From the NCBI GenBank assembly GCA_036930585.1, contig GCA_036930585.1_3066.1: a DNA stretch of 64,000 bases; one strand, written 5' to 3'. The notes beneath the pieces were generated by a model that worked only from the letters and a program-made list of their open reading frames with translations, made no database searches and was not told the origin of the DNA. Every line of letters starts with the position of its first letter. Position 1 is the stretch's first letter. Positions 28,793 through 39,309 of this stretch are shown in pieces. Position numbers and translations under genes: made by a program. This DNA comes from a phage.

Positions 28793-29014
28793 TTAAATTA
28801 GTACTATTTGTCGGGTGAAAATTGTCAATCCATCTGCATTAATTGACTTAACGACCGCGGTAAAGTGTTTTTGTTCTGGGTGAACTAATTTTTGAAATTC
28901 TACCTGAAATTTTAGTTGAAGGTTTTCTGGTAAATCGAAAAGTGTTTCTGTTGCAGAAAGATTATATTTTTCTTTAAGAGACGCCATGTATTCTTGCGGA
29001 GTTATAGCAGTCAT
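28793..29014 (-). CDS. hypothetical protein, about 73 aa, in the regA-43 intercistronic region
   Basis: ATG at 29014 directly after regA stop (MTAITPQEYMASLKEKYNLSATETLFDLPENLQLKFQ...); track start at 29056 overlaps regA. Confidence 0.45.
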   Translation of the reverse strand: MTAITPQEYMASLKEKYNLSATETLFDLPENLQLKFQVEFQKLVHPEQKHFTAVVKSINADGLTIFTRQIVLI

Positions 29015-29015
29015 A

Positions 29016-29384
29016 TTAATTACCAATCGTATATTTAGGAACGAGTTTCCATTCATGTTTTTGTTTAAAAGAAATAACTCGGAAATTATTAGTTAAATCT
29101 TTCATAAAAGTTCTTTGACCAGGAACGATTTCAATCAGTCCCCAATCTTCTAACAGCCATGCAATCGAATCACGACGAACTTCATCTTCTTCTGTCATTT
29201 CAACTTGACGGCCATCCATACGAAGCATTTCTTTAAAATGAACGATATAGTATAGTCCTTTTTTCTGAAGAATATGACAGGACTGATACAGAACTTTATC
29301 TTTATTATTAGCAATTCCCATACGAGTCAAAGTTTCTTTTACTTTCAGAAAATCTTCAGGTTTTTTAAGAGTAATTTCAATCAT
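29016..29384 (-). CDS. regA: translational repressor RegA, 122 aa
   Basis: MIEITLKKPEDFLKVKETLTRMGIANNKDKVLYQSCHILQKKGLYYIVHFKEMLRMDGRQVEMTEEDEVRRDSIAWLLEDWGLIEIVPGQRTFMKDLTNNFRVISFKQKHEWKLVPKYTIGN. Confidence 0.9.
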   Translation of the reverse strand: MIEITLKKPEDFLKVKETLTRMGIANNKDKVLYQSCHILQKKGLYYIVHFKEMLRMDGRQVEMTEEDEVRRDSIAWLLEDWGLIEIVPGQRTFMKDLTNNFRVISFKQKHEWKLVPKYTIGN

Positions 29385-29385
29385 T

Positions 29386-29949
29386 TTACCATTCCAATGC
29401 TAGTTTTTTGAGTTGTTTCTGTTCTTTTACGTTCTTAGTCACTTCTTTCAAAAAATCATCCGTGACTAAACCTTTAAGTTCTTTTAATACTAAAGGTAGT
29501 TTTCCATTTTTAGTAAGAATTGATTTATAGTTAATTGCATCATTTGTATTAACTTGATACCGTTTAGCAAGTAACTTAATAATCAATACTTCGGTGGAAT
29601 CTTCAACCAGTTTTGCCCATTTACCATATCTTTTACCACGAGGAACTGCAGCCATTAGATAATTAAAATGAGCTTCATCACTTAATCCAGAACCGATTAA
29701 ATTCATTGCATACACTGCTGGCATGCACTCTGGAAATTGTGATAATGCATTTTCGACCATGAATTTTGAATAATCTTTTTGAGCAATAGAGCATTTAGTT
29801 TTATTATTGATAGCTCCAATTATTTCAAAAAACTCATTTTCAGCTTTTTCTTTAAAAGAATCAGCAGCAGATTGGACAGCTGTCCAATCTTTTGAATACC
29901 AAGCAACTTGATGCTCGTTTAATTGAATATCATCTTCAAATAAGCTCAT
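29386..29949 (-). CDS. 62: clamp loader small subunit gp62, 187 aa
   Basis: ATG at 29949 ([22 protein letters not shown]...). Confidence 0.9.
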   Translation of the reverse strand: MSLFEDDIQLNEHQVAWYSKDWTAVQSAADSFKEKAENEFFEIIGAINNKTKCSIAQKDYSKFMVENALSQFPECMPAVYAMNLIGSGLSDEAHFNYLMAAVPRGKRYGKWAKLVEDSTEVLIIKLLAKRYQVNTNDAINYKSILTKNGKLPLVLKELKGLVTDDFLKEVTKNVKEQKQLKKLALEW

Positions 29950-29950
29950 A

Positions 29951-30910
29951 TCACTTCCACTGCATTTCACATGCTAATTGAATGAAAAGATAAGCTAGAT
30001 GCAATTCAGTATTAGCTGCAATACCATGATACTGATTATTTTCGCCGACAATTTCGTACATACGAATAATACTCGGTGGAGTTACACGTGAATAGATTTC
30101 TTCGGCAAGTTTACCCACGAACCACGAATAATCGGCTGCATATTTTGGTGCTAAAGCTCTGAGTTGTTTAACATCTTTATTTTTGAGAGACTCAAGAACA
30201 TCATCAATAGCACCACGATCGTTAGTAACCAGTGATAAAATACCAGCATCCAAAACACCTTTAGATGAATAACTATCGAGCTCGCCAATAGTTTTACGAA
30301 AATCAGGAAAATTCTTTTTAACCAAAGCTGCTACAACTTTCATATCAGCTATAGCAATTCCTTCATGCTTACAGATTTCAGTCAATCGACGAATCATCTG
30401 CTTCATCATTTCAATTTTATCTTCATCGGTCGGTTGACCGAACGTAATAACTCGGCAGCGTGACTGAAGTGGTTTAATAATACCATCAATATTATTAGCA
30501 GTAATAATAATACTACAGTTTGAACTATAAGCTTCCATAAAGGAACGAAGATGTCGCTGAGATTCTGCTAAACCTGAACGGTCAAATTCATCAATAACGA
30601 TTACTTTTTGACGACCATCAAATGAAGCGGCGCTGGCAAAATTAGTCAAAGGACCACGAACGAAATCAATTTTACAATCTGAACCATTCACAAACATCAT
30701 ATCAGCATTTACATCATGACACAATGCTTTTGCTACAGTTGTTTTACCTGTTCCTGGAGAAGGAGAATGAAGAATAATATGTGGAATCTTACCTTTACTT
30801 GTAATAGATTTAAAGGTTTCTTTATCAAAGGCGGGAAGAATACATTCATCGATAGTAGATGGACGATATTTCTGTTCAAGAATGTGTTCTTTTTCATTTA
30901 CGGTAATCAT
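29951..30910 (-). CDS. 44: clamp loader large subunit gp44 (AAA+), 319 aa
   Basis: ATG at 30910 ([22 protein letters not shown]...); Walker [11 protein letters not shown]. Confidence 0.9.
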   Translation of the reverse strand: MITVNEKEHILEQKYRPSTIDECILPAFDKETFKSITSKGKIPHIILHSPSPGTGKTTVAKALCHDVNADMMFVNGSDCKIDFVRGPLTNFASAASFDGRQKVIVIDEFDRSGLAESQRHLRSFMEAYSSNCSIIITANNIDGIIKPLQSRCRVITFGQPTDEDKIEMMKQMIRRLTEICKHEGIAIADMKVVAALVKKNFPDFRKTIGELDSYSSKGVLDAGILSLVTNDRGAIDDVLESLKNKDVKQLRALAPKYAADYSWFVGKLAEEIYSRVTPPSIIRMYEIVGENNQYHGIAANTELHLAYLFIQLACEMQWK

Positions 30911-30942
30911 AATTTCCTCATTCAAGTTTTAGTGTAAATTAT

Positions 30943-30960
30943 AAAGGGCCGAAGCCCTTT
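30943..30960 (-). terminator. stem-loop between genes 45 and 44
   Basis: aaagggccgaagcccttt. Confidence 0.5.
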
Positions 30961-30961
30961 A

Positions 30962-31648
30962 TTAAAAATCGTGGGTAGAATCAGCTTCAAGAGCTACCAC
31001 ATAATTCGCGTGTTCACCTTCAAATTTAGCAGCACCTTGTTTACCTTTTGCCCAGAGCAGAAGTTTATAATTTCCTGGTTGCATTTTCATATTTGCCATA
31101 TTGATAATGAAATTAAATGTGTTTTCACCATCATAATCACCAAGAGTCAAAGAATATTTAACACGAGTCAAAGCAGAATCTTCTACTTTATTAAAACCGT
31201 TAATTACGATTTTACCTTCTTTTACTGTGATAGCAATTGTATCAATCTGCAGACCGCGAGATACACGCAACAGCTGTTGAAGGTCTTCAGCTTTAATTTC
31301 GGTAACAACAGATGCTACCGGGAATGGAATTGGTTTATTAGGAGCAACTACTGTACTCGGATCGGCTGCTGGCCAAAAAATTGTTGAACGAGCATCAGCA
31401 ATTTTAATATTTCCATCTTCTGACTGAGAAATTTCTGCATCATCATTAACTAGCGACAGAATACCGAGAAAACCGTTCAAATCGTAAATTGCTACATCAA
31501 AATCAATAACGTCAGAAATATTTGCTTCCGCATAAGTTGTACCATTAACTGCGCGAGTCATAATAAATTGACCGGATTTAAGCATAATGCCAGAGTTAAT
31601 AGTAGCGAAATTTTTAAGCAGAGCAGTAGTATCTTTAGACAGTTTCAT
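30962..31648 (-). CDS. 45: sliding clamp gp45, 228 aa
   Basis: MKLSKDTTALLKNFATINSGIMLKSGQFIMTRAVNGTTYAEANISDVIDFDVAIYDLNGFLGILSLV... Confidence 0.95.
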   Translation of the reverse strand: MKLSKDTTALLKNFATINSGIMLKSGQFIMTRAVNGTTYAEANISDVIDFDVAIYDLNGFLGILSLVNDDAEISQSEDGNIKIADARSTIFWPAADPSTVVAPNKPIPFPVASVVTEIKAEDLQQLLRVSRGLQIDTIAITVKEGKIVINGFNKVEDSALTRVKYSLTLGDYDGENTFNFIINMANMKMQPGNYKLLLWAKGKQGAAKFEGEHANYVVALEADSTHDF

Positions 31649-31677
31649 GTAATTTCCTTCAATTCAAATGAGATTTA

Positions 31678-31704
31678 ATTTTATAACTAATTTAATAAAG
31701 CAAT
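31678..31704 (-). promoter_or_regulatory. candidate MotA-dependent middle promoter upstream of gene 45 (MotA box TTGCTTTA, 12-nt spacer, -10 TAAAAT)
   Basis: minus strand aaTTGCTTTAttaaattagttaTAAAATtaaatc. Confidence 0.4.
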
Positions 31705-32093
31705 TAACGATTAAAATCAGCCGCAATTGTTTCCGCAACAATTTGTGCAGCAACAATTAGACGTTCATCTGCATTACCGCAATAATCATCTTCAAGACGT
31801 TCACCACATGAAGTCATAATAAATTTAGCACCGGCGTTTAGGGATTCTGTAGTATGTTTGCGCATTAGTTCAATCCATTTATTACTTACTTCACGATCGA
31901 TAGCTTCATAATACGCATGACGAGCAGGTGCAGATTTAATTTTGTTCTGAATAACTTCCATTGCGTTATCAGAAAGAGACAAAACCCATGCTCGACGAAT
32001 TTTATTTTGGTTTTGTGGATTTGATTCAGAACGCACGTGTTTTGGCTGAATATCTTTTACGTCAACAGTATAATTCACAGTAATTTTAGTCAT
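31704..32093 (-). CDS. rpbA: RNA polymerase-binding protein RpbA, 129 aa
   Basis: size and position as T4 rpbA between 45.2 and 45. Confidence 0.7.
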
Positions 32094-32102
32094 AATACAC
32101 CT

Positions 32103-32291
32103 TTAGTCATAATAATCAGTAACAGTCCAAGCTTCATTTCTGTTGGACATTATTTTCGTATATTCTGATTTAAATGCATTCTTAAGCATAGATTCAGTAA
32201 CTATATGCTCTTCATTAGAAAAATTATTTCTCAGAATATATCGTTTTATTTCAGGAATAGTTAATAGATGCTGTCCAGTTGAATATTCCAT
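32103..32291 (-). CDS. hypothetical protein, 62 aa (45.2 position)
   Basis: ATG ORF. Confidence 0.55.
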   Translation of the reverse strand: MEYSTGQHLLTIPEIKRYILRNNFSNEEHIVTESMLKNAFKSEYTKIMSNRNEAWTVTDYYD

Positions 32292-32346
32292 GTTTTTCCT
32301 CCATAGAGATTATACTCTAATAAATTAAAGCATAATCTCTTATAAA

Positions 32347-34029
32347 TTAAACCATTACAGTAAATCGACCAACTTTCTTCATTTGAAGGTGCTGACCATA
32401 TGCTTGTGGGTCATGGTCTCTATGCGAAATAACAAAAACATTAGTATTTTTTAAACTATCTAAAATAGTTGAAATAGCTTTTACACCTTCAACGTCGGTC
32501 GCTGAATCAAAAACTTCATCAAGAATTAGTGTGTTTATTTTAACACCTGAAACTTTTTCAGCAATATCACGCCAAGTAAATAAAAGAGCAATATCAATTC
32601 GTGCTTTTTCACCTTGACTGAATGAAGCATAACTAAAATCTTCACGACCACGTGATTTAATTGTCTCATTAAATTCTTCATCTAATGTAAACACATAATC
32701 CGCTTCCATTATTTTAAGATAATGGTTAATCTGCTTATTAAATAATGGAATGTACTTTTTAATAATAGCACCTTTAATACCAGAATCTTTGAGCATATCA
32801 GTCAAAATTCCTCGGTGATATTTTTCCATTACTAAATTAGTTTTTGTCTTAACAATTTTATCAAGTTCTTCTTGAAGCAGTGCTATTTCATCAGCATGGT
32901 CAATAAACTCAGAAGATGCTTTTTCTATAGCCGCTTTAACCTTTTTAGCTTTATCTACTGCTGCGATCAGAGATTGCTTTTTATTGCGAATATCATTTGC
33001 CAACGTCTGCTGGGTTTTAATATTATCTCGGTATTCATCAACAAGAACTTTTAAATTATCACGATGTGTTGAAAGCTGTTCAAACGAATGCGTACATTCA
33101 GAAACTTTATCTTTAATTTTAGAAACAACTTTATCACCGGAACTTAATTGTGACAAGCAGGTTGGACATAATCCACCTTCGTGATACATATTAATGACTT
33201 TATTATACGAGTCAATTTTTGATTTAATTAAAACTGCTTCTTGACCGATTTTATTAAATGCATCAGTCGGGTCTTCATCTAAAACAATATTAACTAATCT
33301 TTCGTTAGCTTCTTCTATTTCCGATTTTAGCGTTCTAGCTTCTTTTGCCAAATCATCATACATATTTTGAAGACGAGTAAGGTTGTCACCCGTTAATTTT
33401 TTCTGGCGTTCAACGTTATCATTATATATTTTAATTTGTTGGATAATACTATCTTTTTTAACATCAAGCACTTGGTTTTGTGAATTTAATTCACGTATTA
33501 GTGCTTTATTAAGCTTATCCATTTCAGCTAATGTTCCTACCTCGAGCAGGTCTTCCACAAGCTTTCTTCGCGCAGGGGTCGACAAACCCATGAAAGGGGT
33601 ATACCCTGCTGTACCAAGGACAACAATCTGCTTGAAACTGGCATATGACATTCCGATAAGCTGTTCAAATTCTGCTTGGAAATCTTTACTGCTGGCAGAT
33701 TCATTAAGACGTGTACCGTTAACGGTGATTTCGAAAACGTTCGGTTTTTGTCCTCTTTTGATATAGTACTTTTTCTCATCATATTCCATCCACAGTTCAA
33801 CTAAAAGTTCTTTCTTATTTGTGCTGTTTATTAATTGACCTTTCTTTACATCACGAAATGGCTTGCCAAAAAGCCCAAACGTGATGGCTTCTAACATAGT
33901 AGACTTACCACCGCCATTTCGTCCAGTAATAAGAGTTTTTTGAACCTTATCTAATTGAATGTCAACTCCATTTTGACCAACTGACATTATATTTTTATAC
34001 CTAACTCGGTTTAGTTTAAAATTTTTCAC
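32347..34029 (-). CDS. 46: recombination endonuclease subunit gp46 (Rad50/SbcC-like ATPase), 560 aa, GTG start
   Basis: Walker A GRNGGGKST, coiled coil with CPTC zinc hook, Walker B ILDEVFDS. Confidence 0.9.
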   Translation of the reverse strand: MKNFKLNRVRYKNIMSVGQNGVDIQLDKVQKTLITGRNGGGKSTMLEAITFGLFGKPFRDVKKGQLINSTNKKELLVELWMEYDEKKYYIKRGQKPNVFEITVNGTRLNESASSKDFQAEFEQLIGMSYASFKQIVVLGTAGYTPFMGLSTPARRKLVEDLLEVGTLAEMDKLNKALIRELNSQNQVLDVKKDSIIQQIKIYNDNVERQKKLTGDNLTRLQNMYDDLAKEARTLKSEIEEANERLVNIVLDEDPTDAFNKIGQEAVLIKSKIDSYNKVINMYHEGGLCPTCLSQLSSGDKVVSKIKDKVSECTHSFEQLSTHRDNLKVLVDEYRDNIKTQQTLANDIRNKKQSLIAAVDKAKKVKAAIEKASSEFIDHADEIALLQEELDKIVKTKTNLVMEKYHRGILTDMLKDSGIKGAIIKKYIPLFNKQINHYLKIMEADYVFTLDEEFNETIKSRGREDFSYASFSQGEKARIDIALLFTWRDIAEKVSGVKINTLILDEVFDSATDVEGVKAISTILDSLKNTNVFVISHRDHDPQAYGQHLQMKKVGRFTVMV

Positions 34030-34289
34030 AAAAGATTCCTTTTAATGTATCTTTTAGACCATTCTATCATATCATCATAATCTAAAAAGTATTCATCAAA
34101 TTCAGCCATGCAAACAACACCTTGTGCTGTTTTTGATGTAATATAAATTATTCCAACATATCTAGAATCTTCTTCGGTGTAATCAATATTTGCTATGAAT
34201 TCATCATTAATGTCAAATGTCGAAAACTTCACAGTATGCATCCTTAATACAAGATACAGCCATATCTCGTAATGATTTAGGTGTATCAT
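34026..34289 (-). CDS. hypothetical protein, 71-87 aa (46.1 position); start uncertain (ATG 34289 or 34241)
   Basis: overlaps next gene in a different frame. Confidence 0.45.
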   Translation of the reverse strand: MIHLNHYEIWLYLVLRMHTVKFSTFDINDEFIANIDYTEEDSRYVGIIYITSKTAQGVVCMAEFDEYFLDYDDMIEWSKRYIKRNLL

Positions 34290-34476
34290 TATCTAAAATG
34301 TTGAAGTTAAAAGATACGGCCCAATCAGTGCATACCGTAACCTTTTTAATACAATTATCTTCAACCTCTAGCGGTTCAAACCAATATTCAATAATTTCTT
34401 TATGCCCAATATCATCTTTTACTTCGCATTCAAAATGCTGACTCATCATAACATTTTTAAATTCATCAAAAGTCAT
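34213..34476 (-). CDS. hypothetical protein, 87 aa (46.2 position)
   Basis: ATG ORF overlapping gene 47 stop. Confidence 0.5.
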   Translation of the reverse strand: MTFDEFKNVMMSQHFECEVKDDIGHKEIIEYWFEPLEVEDNCIKKVTVCTDWAVSFNFNILDNDTPKSLRDMAVSCIKDAYCEVFDI

Positions 34477-35492
34477 TGTGTTGCCTCTACATATAACTGA
34501 TTTGCATATTGAATAAGTGCTTCACGGTCAGAATCAGTGATGTCTGGAATTGCATTAATGTATTCTTCCATCAATGTCTGAAGCGATTGAACTTCAACTT
34601 CTTCACTGTCATCTGACTCGACAGAGTTATCAATCTTTGACACAACTCGTAATGAATGCACAACTTTTTCTAGTTCAGATTCGAACTTCGTCAGATTTTT
34701 GTCTACTTCAGTTACTATAACACGTACTGATAGATTTGTAAAATCTTTATAGTCAATTTTTCCTTTAAATGGATAATGAATTCTACGATGCCAGGTAGTA
34801 TTATTTGGAATAAATTCCATTCGTTCTGTTTCTGTATCAAACATCCAGAACCCACGAGGGTCATTCTCGTCACCTGCAGTTAGTGTCCATGGTGTCCCAA
34901 TATATCTGACGTTAGCAGCCTCAGAGATAGTATGGAAGTGACCAGACCACACTTCCTTATAAGTCTTAAGGAAATCAGGTTCAAGACCGTGAGATTTCAT
35001 TCCTTTATAAAAATAAAATCCGTTCAGTTCCCAGTGACCAACACAAAAAGAAGCAGATGAAGTTTTGATATGCTCAAGAATTTCACCAGTATTTTCTTCA
35101 CACATCCAAGGAATTAAATCAATTAAACATCCGTCAAAATCTACTGTAGTAGGCTTATCATATACTTTAACATTAGGATATTTAGCCAAAAGCTCAGTAG
35201 AGGCATTTGGATGCATTACATTTTTATAGTGGAGATCGTGATTTCCTACAATAGTATGTAATGTGATTCCAGCACCATCAAGCATTTGAACTATTTCACG
35301 GGCAAACTCCATAGTTTTATGCGTGATTGCTTTTCGCACATCAAAAATATCACCATATTGAATCCAGGTAGTAATTCCATTTTTCTTAGAATATTCTATC
35401 GCTTGCTTAATTCCGTCAAGTTGAATACCGCGAATCCATTCATCATCAGCTTTAACGCCTAAATGCCAATCACCTAAATTTAAAATTTTCAT
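34473..35492 (-). CDS. 47: recombination endonuclease subunit gp47 (Mre11/SbcD-like phosphoesterase), 339 aa
   Basis: MKILNLGDWHLGVKADDEW...GNHD phosphoesterase motifs. Confidence 0.9.
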   Translation of the reverse strand: MKILNLGDWHLGVKADDEWIRGIQLDGIKQAIEYSKKNGITTWIQYGDIFDVRKAITHKTMEFAREIVQMLDGAGITLHTIVGNHDLHYKNVMHPNASTELLAKYPNVKVYDKPTTVDFDGCLIDLIPWMCEENTGEILEHIKTSSASFCVGHWELNGFYFYKGMKSHGLEPDFLKTYKEVWSGHFHTISEAANVRYIGTPWTLTAGDENDPRGFWMFDTETERMEFIPNNTTWHRRIHYPFKGKIDYKDFTNLSVRVIVTEVDKNLTKFESELEKVVHSLRVVSKIDNSVESDDSEEVEVQSLQTLMEEYINAIPDITDSDREALIQYANQLYVEATQ

Positions 35493-35629
35493 ATATCAAG
35501 AACCGTCATTGAAATGCAAAATAAAATTATTGAAATAAATCCATCTGGAGTGCTAAAGAACCCAATCCAACATGCTCTAGTGAATAGATAAAATGCAAGA
35601 AAAAGTATCACATATCCAAGAAATATCAT
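35489..35629 (-). CDS. small hydrophobic protein, 46 aa (not in ORF track)
   Basis: MIFLGYVILFLAFYLFTRACWIGFFSTPDGFISIILFCISMTVLDI; ATGA overlap with gene 47 start. Confidence 0.4.
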   Translation of the reverse strand: MIFLGYVILFLAFYLFTRACWIGFFSTPDGFISIILFCISMTVLDI

Positions 35630-35653
35630 TATATCAAACTCCGTATAAAGCTA

Positions 35654-35670
35654 AAGGGCCGAAGCCCTTT
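35654..35670 (-). terminator. stem-loop at 3' end of alpha-gt
   Basis: aagggccgaagccctt. Confidence 0.45.
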
Positions 35671-36871
35671 ATTTTGTAATAATGTCAAACTGTTCTTTAA
35701 AGCAGAAGCTTGAATCTTGATGCTGATACAAAAATTCATATGCTTTTTCTCGCTCACGGTCATAAAGAGCTCGGTCAGATGACAGTTCTTTAATACGCTC
35801 GAATGTTGATTCCATGTCATTTTCATCAAACCAAATGATACCGCTATCATGCGAGGTCAAAGGAGTATTATCAACACGGAATTTTAAATTTTCGCCAGTA
35901 GATTTCCAAAATACCGGAATTGTTCCACATGCACCAAGCTCGAGATGAGTATATTCTAAAGAGCGCTGTAGATATTTTTTATCCAACTTACTCAACTGAT
36001 AACCAAAACCGGATTTACTCATACGTTCAAGCATTTCGCTATTTACATAACGGTCAAGAATTTGCGTTGGCAAATTAGGAGCAATTTTAATTTGGTCTAC
36101 TTGATGAAGACGATAATACTCGTATGGAATTCCTTTTTCTTTAATAGGAATGAACGCTGGAGAACGTTCCAGACCTTCCATAATAGTACTTAGTCCTGCA
36201 GGTTTAAGATGTTTTTCGTGAAAATCAAACATCTGATAAAAACCTTTCCATGTAGTCGTACGACCAATCCAACGGTTGATATTCATATTAATTTCAGAAA
36301 CATCTTTCCAGTAGGTTGACCGAACCTTCGCAATATCCATAGGAGGCTGAAAGTTATATACGGTCGGTGCTTCTTCAATATCATCAAACAGAGAAACAGT
36401 TTCTGGATACCATTCTTTCATCAGAACTTTATTAAAATCACCATTATCAGAATGACTAAAAATAACATCAGCTCGACGAACAGTTTCTTCTAATCCCAAA
36501 TTTCGACGCAAAGAAAGAGAAGAATGGTCATGTTGATAAACTACAACACGAACAGAAGGTTTAATGTTATCAATAATTTTTTTATAGTTATTAATAGTGT
36601 CTTCTTCAACCGAAGTAGCAGGAACTGAATTGATAATTAGAATATCACAATCATTTACCAGCTTAAGTGTTTTATCGTATTCTTTTGCCAATAAAACCGG
36701 AATTGAAAATGATTTATAATCATGCGCGCAATTACGAGTAAATGATTTATCTTTAGCATAAACCAAAGTCACTTCATGACCATTTTTAATAAACCAATCA
36801 CGTTGCTCGAGTGAGAATTTTGTTACACCACAACCTTCAAGACCTCGAGCCATAAAAATACATGCTTTCAT
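35669..36871 (-). CDS. agt: DNA alpha-glucosyltransferase, 400 aa
   Basis: MKACIFMARGLEGCGVTKFSLEQRDWFIKNGHEVTLVYAKDKSF... Confidence 0.9.
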   Translation of the reverse strand: MKACIFMARGLEGCGVTKFSLEQRDWFIKNGHEVTLVYAKDKSFTRNCAHDYKSFSIPVLLAKEYDKTLKLVNDCDILIINSVPATSVEEDTINNYKKIIDNIKPSVRVVVYQHDHSSLSLRRNLGLEETVRRADVIFSHSDNGDFNKVLMKEWYPETVSLFDDIEEAPTVYNFQPPMDIAKVRSTYWKDVSEINMNINRWIGRTTTWKGFYQMFDFHEKHLKPAGLSTIMEGLERSPAFIPIKEKGIPYEYYRLHQVDQIKIAPNLPTQILDRYVNSEMLERMSKSGFGYQLSKLDKKYLQRSLEYTHLELGACGTIPVFWKSTGENLKFRVDNTPLTSHDSGIIWFDENDMESTFERIKELSSDRALYDREREKAYEFLYQHQDSSFCFKEQFDIITK

Positions 36872-36922
36872 TTAATATCCTCTTTGTTTTGGTTTATTTT
36901 ACCAAAAAATTTATAAAGCAAT

Positions 36923-36942
36923 ATAGGAGCCGAAGCTCCTAT
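36923..36942 (-). terminator. stem-loop upstream of alpha-gt
   Basis: ataggagccgaagctcctat. Confidence 0.45.
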
Positions 36943-37115
36943 CCGCATAATACACCGTATAGAGGCTCATTAGAGCTTCTAAATTTTATGCGCTTATATT
37001 TTATAGTTCCTTCTGCTTTAGCTTTATCATGAGACTCTTTAAAGAGTCTCATCATTTCCTTTTTAGAGGAACGAATTTTATTATAATCTATTTCAGAAGT
37101 CTGGGTGTTCATCTT

Positions 37116-37319
37116 TCATAGTTGCCACCATTTTTTGACTTGATAGGAATCAACCCACACTTTCATATTAGGGTCTGCTCTTACAATAGGAGGATTAACT
37201 TCTTTAATTGAACTATCGTGGTATTCTTTTTCAGAAATTTTCACACAAAGATGACCATTCAAAGATTCAGTAAATCCTGCATTAATTTTAAGACGCTTGA
37301 ATTTTACGCGTGTAAGCAT
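37116..37319 (-). CDS. hypothetical protein, 67 aa
   Basis: ATG at 37319. Confidence 0.45.
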   Translation of the reverse strand: MLTRVKFKRLKINAGFTESLNGHLCVKISEKEYHDSSIKEVNPPIVRADPNMKVWVDSYQVKKWWQL

Positions 37320-37605
37320 CAATCATATCCTCAATCTGCGATCTAGTAGTCTTCCAAAGAATACTAATGAGTTCATCGTTATATGGCTGTTTTAGAATAT
37401 CCCGACTTTTCTTGATAGCATATTCGTATTGAGCAAAATTATTATTTTCAGCTGCGATCTGAGCATGCTTATAAAGACGATTCAGTTCGCGTTTGTTTTT
37501 AGACAATAACTTATTTGCTTTTCTTTCTGCTTCAAGACGGTTCTTTTCTTCAATAGAAGAAATAAGCTTTTCCACTTCATCATTAATTTCGGGTTTATCA
37601 GTCAT
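37288..37605 (-). CDS. hypothetical protein, 105 aa
   Basis: ATG ORF. Confidence 0.5.
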   Translation of the reverse strand: MTDKPEINDEVEKLISSIEEKNRLEAERKANKLLSKNKRELNRLYKHAQIAAENNNFAQYEYAIKKSRDILKQPYNDELISILWKTTRSQIEDMIDAYTRKIQAS

Positions 37606-37606
37606 A

Positions 37607-37825
37607 TTATTTCTCTAATATAAAATAAAAATCATCATCTGTTAAATGATATCTGTAATTTAATTCTACACCATTAGATTTAAAAGCGGTATCATACGGA
37701 TTTTCTGGATCAATATCAATGTCAAGAGCTAAAACTTCCCTGAGATACATTTTAAGTAAATAGGGAATAGCTTCAACTTCAGGTATTTCTTCCAAGAATC
37801 CGGAGAGGTTAATCGTTAGCCTCAT
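37607..37825 (-). CDS. hypothetical protein, 72 aa
   Basis: ATG ORF overlapping gene 55 stop. Confidence 0.5.
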
Positions 37826-38366
37826 ATAAAAAATCCAAACTAGGAGAATCGTCTACAACACTTTTCTTTTCAGCCCCCGGTGTTCTATAGGTTGATTCTT
37901 CGTAATGCGTCATTTTATCGTAGATGTCTTGAATAAAAGTTTCATCTACTAACGCAACCATATCGTCGTCACGACTGTCATAGACATTGTGAACGAAGTA
38001 ACTATATTTCTTTGCAACTTCCTTACGTTCTTTTTTAATACGTTGGACGAATGCATTAAAACAAGCTTGAGTTATATATGCATGTGGGTTTTTATATTTC
38101 GTTTCATCAAAATTATGAAGCCCCTTAATAGAAGCTTCTATACCATCTGCAATCATTTCTTGTTTCCAAGACTGGGTGTATCCTGAAAAGTTGAAACGTT
38201 TAGATAAGCCTTCTGCAATAAGCATAATGGCTAATCCGATAGTATCATTCTGACGAACTACTTTATTTGGGTCTTTATTATTTGCTAATTCTGTTTTCCA
38301 ATCAATAATAGCTTGTAAAAGCTCTTTATTGTTTACGTAATTATATTTAGGCTTAGTTTCTGACAT
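37809..38366 (-). CDS. 55: late-transcription sigma factor gp55, 185 aa
   Basis: ATG at 38366 ([58 protein letters not shown]...). Confidence 0.9.
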
Positions 38367-38444
38367 TTTCACCTCTTAGCTCAATTCATAGATCTATTAT
38401 ATCATAATATTTGAAGATCTATCTTAAAGCATAGAGGATATCAG

Positions 38445-38714
38445 TTATCTAAGTAAACAGTATGCTTGGAATACTTTCTCCATCATCTTTTTAAATTCAT
38501 GAATATCTATATAATGACTAGTTAGATCAGCATGATATAAAAAGTCTAAAAACTTTTCATGTGTACTAACATATTCACTTTCATTTAATTCAGAAACATG
38601 GCTTTCCCAATATCCAACACCAGTCTTATTTGGGAAAAATGAAATTTTCATGTATTTGTCAACATAGAAAATGCCATAATTTTCAATAGTAATAGAAATA
38701 TTAATAAATTTCAT
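38445..38714 (-). CDS. hypothetical protein, 89 aa
   Basis: ATG ORF. Confidence 0.5.
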   Translation of the reverse strand: MKFINISITIENYGIFYVDKYMKISFFPNKTGVGYWESHVSELNESEYVSTHEKFLDFLYHADLTSHYIDIHEFKKMMEKVFQAYCLLR

Positions 38715-38926
38715 ACATTCATCAACTTAGCCGCTTCAAGAGCTGCATCTAGTGAATCAAATTGATCAACATATTCAATCAATTCGCCGTAATTAGCATA
38801 TAACCACCATTGGCTAAATTCATACTCAAGGATGAATCCGTTTCCTTCAATTTGAGTTAAACCAATGCCATTTGTATTTACTTCATACCAAGCAAGACGT
38901 AAATCGTTAATAAGAGCTTCGTTCAT
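38711..38926 (-). CDS. hypothetical protein, 71 aa
   Basis: ATG ORF. Confidence 0.5.
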   Translation of the reverse strand: MNEALINDLRLAWYEVNTNGIGLTQIEGNGFILEYEFSQWWLYANYGELIEYVDQFDSLDAALEAAKLMNV

Positions 38927-38928
38927 AA

Positions 38929-39255
38929 TTATACCTTAGTAATTTTCAGGTCTGCAAATTTTTTCTTGCGTTGATTTTTCATGCGACGAATAGTTTTATC
39001 GGAAATTTCATGCTTTTGATAAGCTTTAGATTCTACACCAAAAGCTTTAACATCAAATTCTGACAAGATATATTGAACCAACAATTCACGGACAGTATTG
39101 CGTCCAATCTTCTGATCATTCTGTTTCATCGTCTGATGAAGCTCTTTTTCCCATTTATCCAAAATTTGAGGAGTTACAATATCGCCTTTTTCTAGCAAAG
39201 AAACTACTTTATCATATGCGTAAGAATTAATGACGTTTTTAATTTGAATAGTCAT
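38929..39255 (-). CDS. hypothetical protein, 108 aa
   Basis: ATG ORF. Confidence 0.5.
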   Translation of the reverse strand: MTIQIKNVINSYAYDKVVSLLEKGDIVTPQILDKWEKELHQTMKQNDQKIGRNTVRELLVQYILSEFDVKAFGVESKAYQKHEISDKTIRRMKNQRKKKFADLKITKV

Positions 39256-39293
39256 ACATTATCCTCAATTACGTTAAAATTTTATTATCCAAA

Positions 39294-39309
39294 AAGGGCC
39301 GAAGCCCTT
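39294..39309 (-). terminator. stem-loop (aagggccgaagccctt)
   Basis: perfect 6-bp stem, GAAG loop. Confidence 0.45.

Noticed and set aside
35629-35850. 73-aa ORF overlapping the 3' end of alpha-gt
   Set aside because: Alternative frame of a well-supported gene; low-complexity product.
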